Below are positions 36,306-47,972 of a DNA stretch of 61,784 nucleotides, in pieces. The stretch is from Chiloscyllium plagiosum. Its lineage: Eukaryota. Position numbers and translations under genes: made by a program. Position 1 is the first letter of the stretch, and the number at the start of each line of letters is the position of its first letter. The notes below the pieces were generated by a model. The model did not search any database, was not told the DNA's origin, and saw nothing but the letters and a program-made list of their open reading frames with translations. The DNA lies in assembly GCF_004010195.1 (NCBI RefSeq), contig NC_057728.1:42140844-42202627 (forward strand). Direction: 5' to 3'.

Positions 36306-37026
36306 ACCCATGAATATAAAATTGCATGTGATATATATTTAAATTATTTTGTTTGTATAATCTCTTCAAGTTAATGGTTATAAGTTGGTTGTAAATTCCT
36401 TGATGATGATGATGCTTCCTTGTCATTACACTCCAGTATTCATTAGCTTTAAAACTCAAATCTGTATAGTTTTATCTGCTACCTGCTACATCGATAGATT
36501 AACTGTATTCAAAGTTGAACAAAATGAAAGCACTTTGTTAAATATTATTGATGTGTTACATTGAGAATGTGTTTTAAATTTGCTAAACAGTTATACAATA
36601 TTAGAATCACCTTAAAATTTAATATTTAATTATACATCAAGCAGCAGTGTTAATTATTTTTGAATTCTGTTTGACGAATATTGACCACAAAACAAATACA
36701 GCCGTAGTTTTAAGTGTTGATCTTGAAATAAAGTTTCTATTTCATCTCATGTTTACTTTAGCAGGAGTTACTCAGTTTCAAATTAAAACTATGAATAACC
36801 TACAATGAGACATGCTGCTGCTTTAACTTTCAAACTAATTTGAGATAGTTTAAATTCCATTGACGATCTACAGTTTTTGACTGTGTTTTGAGATTTCATG
36901 CTGTGGCTTAAGGAATATTTAAAAACCAGATATCCTGGGTTATTCACTTCACCAAGAAAAGAAGTAACACATGGCTTTACCTTTGATCAGCTTTAGTAAA
37001 GGAAGAGAGTATGCTGAGATCAGAGG

Positions 37027-37181
37027 TAGAGATTGATGTTAAGGTTAGAGTGGTGCTAGAAAAGCGCAGCAGGTCAGGCAGCATCTGAGGAGCAGGAAAA
37101 TGCTGCCTGACCTGCTGTGCTTTTTCAGCACCAGTCTAATCTTGACTCTGATCTCCAGCATCTGCAATCCTCACTTTCATC
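37027..37181. mobile_element. Fold-back Penelope family B mini-element with 13-bp TSD
   Basis: Inverted arms centred near 37090; TSD CTGAGATCAGAGG at 37014-37026 and 37182-37194. Confidence 0.85.
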
Positions 37182-37559
37182 CTGAGATCAGAGGGAGCCT
37201 ATAATCTTTTAGGAGTTTCATAATCTAACTATACCTTGGCAACAAATTGGGATTTCATATTCGTATTCTGCATTATTAGTATTTGGTAACATGTTCAATT
37301 CTTTCAGATTGATCTACACCCATTCAAAATTTGCTAGTTTCTATTCTTTTAGACAAAAATTCAGAAGTGACTGTTTACTGTTCTAAATTATTATAATAAG
37401 AAAGGCTGATGGTGGTAAGGCACATTAGGATGATATCATCTTGAACTCCAAAGCTATCCTTTGGACCTTAACAACAAAGATTTTGAGACATGAAGCATAG
37501 CGTACTTCAACCTCATGACTTATGCATGAGGATTACTATTCAACAGCTGGATTAACCTT

Positions 37560-38100
37560 TCCACATGATGTGAACTTTTTCTCATGACAGCTTCATATGG
37601 CTTATTAGGATAGAAGAATGAGTGATTTTAGAAAGGTTACAGAGGATGTTAACATGTTAGCAAGATGTTAAGAGTGATGAGGGGCTTCATTTATGCAGTT
37701 GGGAAAAGTTAGGACTCTTATTCTTTGGGACAAAGAAGGTTAAGAGGTGCGCTAGCTCTGATTTTTTAAAATAATCGGAGGTTTTCATAAAATAAATGGA
37801 GAAAGACAAAATTCCCTATGGTGAGTGGGTCAGTAACTAGAGGTTGTGGATTCAAAATCCTTAGGCTATTGGGGAGTCGAGTATTTTTTCAATTGGAAGT
37901 TGAGAGGATCTGAGTGCTTTCCCTGATAATGCAGTGTAAAATGATTCCACAAATATCTTTAAAAATTCTAAAATATATTCAAGGGTGAGAAACTTGCACG
38001 GGCTTATGAGACAAAGCATGGCTGATCTTTCAAGGTGTCTGCTTGGGCACAGCTGGCTGAATGGTGGCCTCATCTGCTGTAAGTTTCCACGATTTTTACA
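37560..38100 (+). mobile_element. Ancient CR1 3' remnant
   Basis: Decayed 'LEKVTEDVN', 'KLGLLFFG' and 'TRGCGFK' motifs. Confidence 0.45.
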
Positions 38101-39247
38101 AAACATTTTTGGTCATTAATTTCAGTCATCTGGCAGAGCAGAATTCATGGCATCATTACAGTAGAAAGATACAGATCAGGCTTTTAATCAGTACTCATAC
38201 TGGCACACGGCAATAATTAAAATTTCCAGAATATTACTTGGGACATATAAACAAAATCAGATAAACGTGGTTTAAGTTTAGTGGTGAGTGTTGAGTGTTC
38301 CCATTACCAAATATAGAGACACTGCAGCTATGCACATTTCTTAACGTCACCTGGTGAAATTAGATTGGGGAAAACAAATGATCTGGATCAGGCTATAACT
38401 ATTGGAGCAAGCTGTTTCTAATTCTAAGGATTAAACATCAGTATGTTCCTATCTGGCCTTTAGATTTATACAAAGCCAAAGAGAATCATAATTGTATCTT
38501 GTATTCATCTTTCCATAAATAGAAATTAAGCCTAAGCATCAACACTTTGAGCTCATACCATTTTTTGCTTAGTTGTTTTAAAAAAATCCCAAATTGCTTC
38601 TCCATTTCCCAACAACCTTCCATTCCACTGTTCTCTTATCTTTTACTCTCTCTTGTTAAACTGCTGCTTTTTCCTTATATGTTGGAGCTATCTCACAGTT
38701 CCCTCTCTGATTGATGTTGTTGAGTCTCTTCATCAATTTTGTTCTTGTTTTGTTTACCTAATCTTCTTAAAATAGTTTTTTAGTTTTTCAGTCTTCAGTT
38801 CAAATAAAGTGTTGCAACATTGATACTGTTGCACCTTGTTTTTGCTTTAGAGTTATTGATTTATTTCCAGTTTGTCTTCTAGATAAGGGATTCTGCTCAG
38901 TTCAGTTGAAAGTGTACTAAACATTCTAACCAGAAAGGCAAAGTACCACTTTATTCAAGAAAATGAAGGAACTGATCAAATGCAGTGACACATCTGTTGG
39001 AAAGGAAGAGAAACTTCAAGCTATCGCTAAGAGTAAAAATAACATAGACGTGCCTATTAATTACTAAGGTTAGGACTTTAATTACCTTGTAAGTGGCATT
39101 GATCATGTAACATGCTATACTCCCATTGAGTGCAGACTTAAAAAGGAATGTGCATATGAAACTACATTCCTGGCAGTAATCTCATCAATGGGTTCATAAC
39201 AAAGTTCAAATAATTTACAAGTGTTTTATAAATCACCTGATGTACTA

Positions 39248-41610
39248 ATAGACAATAGACAGACAATAGACAATAGGTGCAGGAGTAGGCCATTCAGCTC
39301 TTCGAGCCTGCACCGCCATTCAATATAATCATGGCTGATCATTCCTAATCAGTATCCTGTTCCTGCCTTATCTCCATAACCCTTGATTCCACTATCTTTG
39401 AGAGCTCTATCCAACTCTTTCTTAAATGAATCCAGAGAGTGGGCCTCCACTGCCCTCTGGGGCAGAGCATTCCACACAGCCACCACTCTCTGGGTGAAGA
39501 AGTTTCTCCTAAGCTCTGTCCTAAGTGGTCTACCCCGTATTTTTAAGCTGTGTCCTCTGGTTCGGCACTCCCCCATCAGTGGAAATATGTTTCCTACTGC
39601 CAGAGTGTCCAATCCTTTCATAATCTTATACGTCTCAATCAGATCCCCTCTCAATCTTCGAAACTCAAGGGTATACAAGCCCAATCGCTTCAGTCTTTCA
39701 GTGTAAGGTAATACTGCCATTCCAGGAATTGACCTAGTGAACCTACGCTGCACTCCCTCAATAGCAGAATGTCTTTTCTCAAATTTGGAGACCAGAACTG
39801 CACACACTACTCCAGGTGTGGTCTCACCAGGGCCCTGTACAGCTGCAGAAGCACCTCTTTGCTTCTATACTCAATCCCTCTTGTTATGAAGGCCAGCATG
39901 CTATTAGCCTTCTTCACTACCTGCATGCTTACCTTCATTGACTAGTGTACAAGAACACCAAGATCTCTCTGTACTGCCCCTTTACATAAATCGATTCCAT
40001 TGAGGTAGTAGTCTGCCTTCCTGTTCTTGCTACCAAAGTGGATAACCATACACTTATCCACATTAAACTGCATCTGCCATGCATCTGCCCACTCACCTAA
40101 CTTGTCCACGTCACCCTGTAATCTCCTAACATCCTCATCACTTTTCACCCTGCCACCCAGCTTAGTATCAGCAGCAAATTTGCTAATGTTATTACTAATA
40201 CCATCTTCTATATCATTAACATATACTGTAAAAAGCTGCGGTCCCAGCTCAGATCCCTGCGGTACCCCACTGGTCACTGCCTGCCATTCCGAAAAGGAGC
40301 CGTTTATNNNNNNNNNNNNNNNNNNNNNNNNNNNNNNNNNNNNNNNNNNNNNNNNNNNNNNNNNNNNNNNNNNNNNNNNNNNNNNNNNNNNNNNNNNNNN
40401 NNNNNNNNNNNNNNNNNNNNNNNNNNNNNNNNNNNNNNNNNNNNNNNNNNNNNNNNNNNNNNNNNNNNNNNNNNNNNNNNNNNNNNNNNNNNNNNNNNNN
40501 NNNNNNNNNNNNNNNNNNNNNNNNNNNNNNNNNNNNNNNNNNNNNNNNNNNNNNNNNNNNNNNNNNNNNNNNNNNNNNNNNNNNNNNNNNNNNNNNNNNN
40601 NNNNNNNNNNNNNNNNNNNNNNNNNNNNNNNNNNNNNNNNNNNNNNNNNNNNNNNNNNNNNNNNNNNNNNNNNNNNNNNNNNNNNNNNNNNNNNNNNNNN
40701 NNNNNNNNNNNNNNNNNNNNNNNNNNNNNNNNNNNNNNNNNNNNNNNNNNNNNNNNNNNNNNNNNNNNNNNNNNNNNNNNNNNNNNNNNNNNNNNNNNNN
40801 NNNNNNNNNNNNNNNNNNNNNNNNNNNNNNNNNNNNNNNNNNNNNNNNNNNNNNNNNNNNNNNNNNTCTCCCTCTCAAATTGCAGATTGTAGCTTATTGT
40901 ATTATGGTCACTACTTCCCAATGGCTCCTTCACTTCGAGGTCCCTGACCAATTCTGGTTTGTTACACAATACCAGATCCAGAATTGCCTTCTCCCTGGTC
41001 GGCTCCAGCACTAGCTGCTCTAAGAATCCATCTCTGAGGCACTCCACACAGTCTCTTTCTTGTGGCCCAATACCATCTTGATTCTCCCAGTCTACCTGCA
41101 TGTTAAAATCCCCCATAACAACTGTAGTGACATCTTTGTGACAGGCCAATTTCAGCTCCTGATTTAACTTGCATCCGACATCCAGACTACTGTTTGGGGG
41201 CCTGTAGATGACTCCCAAGAGGGTCTTTTTACCCTTAGTATTTCGAAGCTCTATCCACACTGACTCTACATCCCCTGACTCTAGGTCCACCCGCGCAAGA
41301 GACTGAATATCGTCCCTTACCAACAAGGCCACCCCACCCTTTCTGCCCGTTAGTCTGTCCTTACGATAACACGTGTATCCTTGAATATTCATTTCCCAGG
41401 CCCTGTCCACTTGAAGCCACGTCTCAGTTATCCTCACAATATCGTATCTGCCAATTTCCAAAAGAGCCTCAAGCTCATCCATCTTATGCCTAATGCTTCG
41501 TGCATTCATGTATAGTATTTTTAATTTGTTACTGCTCTCACCCTTCCCATCAACCCTTATTTTACCCAACCTTACAGCATGATGCCTTTCCGAGTTTTCT
41601 GCCTCATTAA
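39248..41610 (-). mobile_element. Relatively young CR1 LINE ORF2 (APE endonuclease, then RT) in WIF1 intron 2
   Basis: Open APE frame 40867-41569 (YMNARSI, ITETWL, GVIYRPP, MGDFN, LDLVL, SSDH), then SGVPQGSELGP and KFAADTK; (TAGACAA)n tail; N gap 40308-40866. Confidence 0.95.
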
Positions 41611-42321
41611 TAGCTTGTTAACTGTGCATAATAATTATCTCTATCGGTGTAAACAATGCCATTGATTACTTTCGCTAAAGAACTTCAGTCCATGTAGCAG
41701 ATATTAGGAATTCGAGTAACCATGCAAATTTCTATCTGCTCAATTGTAAATTTTGCCTCAATGTAAAGTAGCTGTAAAACATTCTGGTTTTTTAAAAAAA
41801 ACTATTAATTGTTCCTTGCTAAACATGAACGACAATACAATACTCTTTAATCTTTCTTGCTACGTGGAGTATTTCTGTCTTCTGAGATTTCCTATCAGAG
41901 GGCAAAAATGTATAGGCAGAATCTGACAGAAGGTTTTTTAAAAATACAGATCGAACACTGCAAATCAGAATATAGCTTTATAACTAACAAAATCCTCAAA
42001 GAAAGTGACAACTGCAATTTCTTTAACGCACCAAGGACTTTCTCCTGAGTCAATCTTTTCATGAGTCAATCTGTAATTCCTGAAGGTCTCAGGACTATCC
42101 AAGAGAGTTGGTGACAATAGATTCATTCGTGGTTTTGCATTTCAGTGTTCGAGATTAGTCATCTCTATTTTCCTCCAGGCTTCACCCCATGCTTGGTCTG
42201 TTTTTCTATCTACGTATTTTGTTTCATTTTCTCTATGCTGCATCTCTCTTCTTTTACAGCTTCCTGTTTGTACCTCCATCTATATTTCTGTCCAAATCTG
42301 TCATACTCAGCCCTTTCGTCT

Positions 42322-42812
42322 GTCATAGAGTCATAGAGATGTACAGCATGGAAACAGACCCTTCGGTCTAACCTGTCCATGCCGACCAGGTATCCCAACC
42401 CAATCTCGTCCCACCTGCCAGCACCTGGCCTATATCCCTCCAAACCCTTCCTATTCATATACCCATCCAAATGCCTCTTAAATGTTGCAATTGTACCAGC
42501 CTCCACCACTTCCTCTGGCAGCTCATTCCATACATGTACCACCCTCTGCGTGAAAAAAATTGCCCATTACGTCCCTTTTATATCTTTCCCCTCTCACCCT
42601 AAACCTATGCCTTCTAGTTCTGGATTCCCCATCCCCAGGGAAAAGACTTTGCCTATTTATCCTATCCATGTCCCTCATAATTTTGTAAACCTCTATGAAA
42701 TCACCCCTCAGCCTCCAACGCTGCAGGGAAAACAGCCCCAGCCTGTTCAACCTCTCCCTATAGCTCAAATCCTCCAACCCTGGCAACATCCTTGTAAATC
42801 TTTTCTGAACCC
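42322..42812 (-). mobile_element. CR1 LINE 3' end
   Basis: MLPGLEDLSYRERLNRLGLFSL; same family as 17969-18450 and 61250-61784. Confidence 0.92.
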
Positions 42813-43179
42813 TCCTGCAAACATTATCTTCATTTTCCTTGCAACTCTATGATTCTGAGTTCAAATCCCACCAAAGTAACTTGCTGATATTCAGTGTAAT
42901 AAATCTGTACATTTATATGTTGATACAGAAGAAAGCTGCTAGACTAACATGAAAACTGACTCTCCAATGTCACTGTACCTGGTCTGGTCGACATGGGATG
43001 GAGTTTATCACTACAAGGACATGTAAAATGAACTATAATTGCGCTGACAATCTCTTTATCTATCATATGCTTTTCTCTCAAGTTCTGTTTCTCTGCCTGC
43101 TTTTCAATCTCTGGCAGTATAATATCACTTGATCTCTTTTGAATTTCTGTTCCTGGCTCCCCTTGTATGTTATCAAAAA

Positions 43180-43372
43180 GCGTGGTGCTGGAAAAGCACA
43201 GCAGGTCAGGAAGTATCGAAGAAGCAGGAGATTCAACGATTCAGGCATAAGCCCTTCAATCCAGATGCAGCACCTCGAAAGCTAGTGCTTCCAAATAAAT
43301 CTGTTGGACGATAACCTGGTGTTGTGTGATTTTAAACTTTGTCCACCCCAGTCCAACACCGGCACCTCCAAA
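43180..43372. mobile_element. Junction of Penelope family B (-) and family A (+) terminal fragments
   Basis: 43180-43258 matches family B reversed; 43265-43372 matches the family A end (gaaagctagtgcttccaaataaa). Confidence 0.7.
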
Positions 43373-43619
43373 TCTGTCATTATAAATCAACACCTCTGGT
43401 CCTACATCACTTGTGAAACCAAAGACCAGTCCCAGCTTTCTCCATATATCAACAGAGCTTCATTGGCCGAAAACCTCCCTCCCAGCGCCAAAATCAGCTC
43501 TGTGAAATGGTTAGTTGTAAGGATGAATTTTAGATTTCTCAGTAGGAGATGATGTGGCAGGTAGGTAAAAGCCACAAGCCCGAAATTCTTGTTAATGTAA
43601 ACCTGTTTAGTACAGAGGG

Positions 43620-44745
43620 AGAAAATGAGGGCTGCAGATGCCGGAGATCAGAATCAAGAATGTGGTGCTGAAAAAGCACAGCAGGTCAGGCAGCATCCAA
43701 GGAGCAAATCGACATTTTGGGCAAAAGCCCTTCATCAAGAATGAGACTTGTGGGCCAGGCGGTGCTGATAGGTAAATGGCGGGGGAGGGGGGCGCAGAAT
43801 AGTAGCTGGGAATATGTAGGTAGATGAAGATGTTAGGTCGGAGAGGACGGTGGAGTAGATGGGTGAGAAGGAAGAAAGATGAATAGGTAGGACCGGTCAA
43901 GAGGGCGGTGCCAAGTTAGCGGCTAGGGACTGGGATAAAGTGGGGGGGGAGGGGTGGTGCGGGGAAATGAGGAACCTGGTGAAATCCACATTGATCCCGT
44001 GTGGTTGCAGGGAACCAAGTTAGAAGATGAGGCATTCTTCCTCCAGCCGTAAGGTGATAAGTGTTTGGCGATGGAGGAAGCCCATGACCTTGTGGATGTC
44101 CTTGGTAGAGTGGGAGTGGGAGGGGGAGTTAAAATATTCAGCCACAGGGCAGTGGGGTTGGTTTTTGCGGATGTCCCAGAGATGTTCTCTGAGACGAACT
44201 GCAAGTTGGTGTCCTGTCTCCCTGATGTCGAGGAGACTGCATCAGGTGCAACAGATACAGTAAATAACTTGTATGGAGGTACTGGTAAATTTCTGTTGGA
44301 TGTGGAATTGTCCTTTGGGGTCTTGGACGGAGGTGAGGGGAGAGATGTGGGTGCAGGTTTTGCACTTCCTGCAATGGCAGGGGAAGGTTCCAGGAGTGAG
44401 TGTGGGGGTGGGGATGGATCTGATGAAGGAGTCGCAGAGGGAATCGTCTCTCCGGATTGCAGAAGGGATAGGGAGGGAAATTTTTGCAAGTGGTGGAAGT
44501 GGTGGAGGATGATGCAATGTACACGGAGGTTGATGGGGTGGAAGGTGAGGACCGGGGGGCGTTCTGACCCTTTTGTGGTTGGAGGGATGGGATTCAAGAG
44601 CGGAGGAGCGGGAAGTGGAGGAGTTGCGCTGGAGGGCATCATCGACAACGTGGGAGGGGAAATTGTGGTCTTTGAAAAAGGAGGCCATCTGGGATGTTCT
44701 ATGGTGAAATTGGTCATCCTGGGAATAGATGCGGCGGAGGCAGTT
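43620..44745 (-). mobile_element. Penelope-like element, Neptune-like (Cys linker plus GIY-YIG), 5'-truncated
   Basis: LRRIYSQDDQFH...GTFPCHCRKCKTC...SIQVIYCICCT*CSLLDIRETG (GIY-YIG); its 3' end is the family B repeat. Confidence 0.85.
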
Positions 44746-45809
44746 GACAGAGAGTTCAGCACAGAGTATCAATTTGTGTTTCTGGGATCTGCAGTGGGTG
44801 AGAAAAACAGTACTGGAAAGGCTTATCAGCCATAAGTTTTGTTTTTTCTTTGATGGAGTTGAGGGGGTCTGGAAAGGAATGTAGTGTTGGGAAGAAGCGG
44901 TGCCCAGCCTCCTGTTCATTTGGTGGAGAGAGGAGAGAATAGATATCCTGCCCAGTGAGAGAATGAATCTGAGGGAGGCAAGGTGCAGTATTCAGTATGG
45001 CCAGTATGTGGCAGCACAGAACAATTCAGGATAATACTTCATATCAATTCATGCACCCCTCTGTTACTAGTAACAGATTTTATGTGAAAATCAGTCATTT
45101 TTTAGGATTGTCAACTTATATAACTATTACTGCTTCGTGCATGTTGATAGAATTTCCTTCTTTTTCCTTAAAAGGCCAAAGCCTGGTTTTGGTGATTTCA
45201 GTCAATTTTAAAATTGAATATTGTGATCCATTCAGTATTTGCATAACAACAAAAAGTTACATAAGAGGTTTCCACACTGTGTAAGTAATCTAAATCTAAG
45301 GTACCCAGGATTGATTGTTGGTCAGTGGTTACATTTGGATTCAAGTTACTTTGCACAGTATCCAAATATTATTTGCAATATACTATTTCACCTGATCCTT
45401 AGTGTTTGCTATCTTTACATACTTCGCGTTGGCTGTTGTCCTCTGATTATTCTAAATGTCACTAGGAAGCATACAGTTACCTGGTTTCTGAAGTAGATAC
45501 ATCATTAAATGTTCAACTTTCAAAAGCATTGCCGTTTAACATTTCTTCCCTGTACACCATTTTTGAAGTATAGGCAATTGTAATTGCATCCAAATATCTC
45601 TGGAATTTAAATATGGAAATTAATGCTTTTCAAAAGATGATTAAGGTTTGAAATAGACCTTCCACAGGCATAATGCAGAATAACTAATTTATAATATATT
45701 TAGCAGAAGTATCAATATGCAGAATCATAAATTTTCTGCACTAATTCATGATAAAAGTATTGAGCTTGGACTGAATATATATCTATCCTACAATCCATGA
45801 CTCATTTTC

Positions 45810-46075
45810 ATAGAATCATAGAAACCTTGCAGTGCAGATAGAGGTCATTCAGCCCATCGAGTTGCACCAACCCTCTGGAGACCATCTCACCCTATCGCTT
45901 TAAACCCACATTTACTATAGTTAATCCACCTAACCACATATCTTTGGACTGTAGGAGGAAACCAAAGCACCTGGAAGAAACCCACACAGTCACTGGGAGA
46001 ATGCACAAACACCACAGTCAGTCACCTGGGTCCGTGGCACTGTGAAGTAGCAGTGCTAATCACTGTGCCACCCCA
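45810..46075 (-). mobile_element. HE1-like SINE, diverged
   Basis: Reverse complement gtggcacagtgattagcactgc; (CATAGAAT) tail. Confidence 0.8.
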
Positions 46076-47054
46076 CATTTTGCTGTTACAAATCATATAT
46101 TTTCTCTCCAACCATTTGGAGAATAGTTTGGGTCTTTTGTTTAAGTTTGTTGAACAATTTCAGTGAGAGAGTGATAGATCCAGATCTGTACGTGAATCGT
46201 TTTTAAAAATAAACGTAAACTTATGTTTTATTTTAATCTTTCCTGTTCTATTTTCATTGTATTGATTAAAAGTTTTCTAATCTAAATGGGAATTGTCATA
46301 TTTTGGAACGTGTTATTTGCAGAAAAGCATATAATCAAAATAATCCTGTTCAGATCTGATTTGGATTTCTAGTGTTTGAATCCAAGCCAAAAATTTAGAT
46401 TTCTTTAAATATTTATTTTCTTCACAGTTTGTTTACACCAGTTTTCCTCTCCTTCTGAAAGTGGTGGGTCTTGTAGGAATACATTATCATTGGCAAGTGG
46501 CATCTAGAACTTTACCAACATAGTGAATGTTTGTAAGCTATTCAACTTCAGGTGAAATATGGTGCCTGTTTTATGTTGTCATTCAAATCTATACATTTGT
46601 GAACTCCAGTTGAAATGGCAAATAAGAAGGCAACTTGTCTATTTTTTTTTGCCTCCTCCATACCCGACTGAGTGATTTCCAGGGGTCTGCGGCGGGATTG
46701 AGACAAGAGGCTTTGGGGAAGGAGGCACACTTACCTTATGGAGATAAGGTTACCTCAGAAGATAAGATTTTTAGATCTGGATGCTTCCCCCTTTCCTTTT
46801 GGCTTTTTTTTTGTGTTTCTGCTTTTTTAAAAATAAATTCTAGTTTTTGTATCTTAGATAGTTGTTTTCTTTTTTTGTATCTAGGTGGTTTTGAGAAAAA
46901 AATTCGTCTTTTTGTACATGGTGCCAGTGAATAGCAACTTTGTGTACTTTTCACTGTACTCTTGTACTTTGAGGTACACATGGTAATACTTCTGCATTAC
47001 AAACAATTTCAGCTGTAAACCAATCTGCCAGTACTACGTTGAAGTATTTCTGAA

Positions 47055-47378
47055 TTAGAATCCTTACTGTGTGGAAACAGGCCCTTTGGCCCAACAAATC
47101 CACACTAACACTCAGAGTATCTCACTCAGATCCATTCCTCTACATTTACCCATAATTCATGTACCTAATCTGTATATCCCTGAACACTGTGGACAATTTA
47201 GCATGGCTAATTCGCCCAACCTGCACATTTTTGGACTGTGGGAGGAAATTGGAGCAACTGGAGGAAACCGATGCAGACACGGAGAGAACATACAAACTGT
47301 ACGCAGATAGTCGCCCAAGGCTGGAATCAAACCCTGGACCCTGGAGTTGAGGCAGCAGTGCTAATCACTGAACCACTG
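47055..47378 (-). mobile_element. HE1/V-SINE-like SINE
   Basis: Homologous to 20277-20592 in reverse. Confidence 0.88.
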
Positions 47379-47775
47379 AATTGCGATGCCATGTTGCGGC
47401 TGTACAGAACATTGGTTTGACCACTTTTGTAATACTGCATTCAAGTCTGGTCACTGCTATAGGAAGGATGTTCTTAAGCTTGAAAGAGTTCAAAAATATT
47501 TACAAGCATGTTAACGGGATTGGAGGGTTTGAACTTATAGCGAGACGCTGAATAGGATGGGGCTTTTTTCCCTGGAGTGTTGAAAGCTGAGAGGTGATCT
47601 TAGAGATTTCTAAAATTGAGGGGCATGGATAGGGTGAATAACCAAGATCTTTTTCCCAAGGTAGGAGAGTTCAAAACTAGAGGGCATAGGCTTAAGGTGA
47701 AAGGGGAAGATTTAAAGGCGATCTGTAGGGCAATTTTTTTTCATGCAGGTGTTGTGTGTTTGGAACAAGCTGCCA
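47379..47775 (+). mobile_element. CR1 3' fragment
   Basis: MLRLYRTLV...RGMDRVNNQDLFP...KTRGH. Confidence 0.8.
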
Positions 47776-47863
47776 TACTGAGTTTTGAAAAAGATATGTT
47801 ATGGCAGTTCACATAAAAAGGAATCATTGGAAATCCTATTAATTCTATAAACCATTATTACAG

Positions 47864-47972
47864 GCATTATATTTTTATGAATTTCAATCCCTTCGGTCAT
47901 TGGATAAAGATGTTATGGGAGATCCAACAGTGAACATTCCATTACGGGCAACAATCTCTCACAAGGCCACAG
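47864..47972 (+). CDS. wif1: WIF1 coding exon 3 (WIF domain)
   Basis: tacAG acceptor; [44 protein letters not shown] donor; 109 nt. Confidence 0.95.

Noticed and set aside
43923..44835. 279-aa and 256-aa Pro/Gly-rich ORFs
   Set aside because: These are alternative or antisense frames of the GC-skewed Penelope element, not a host gene.
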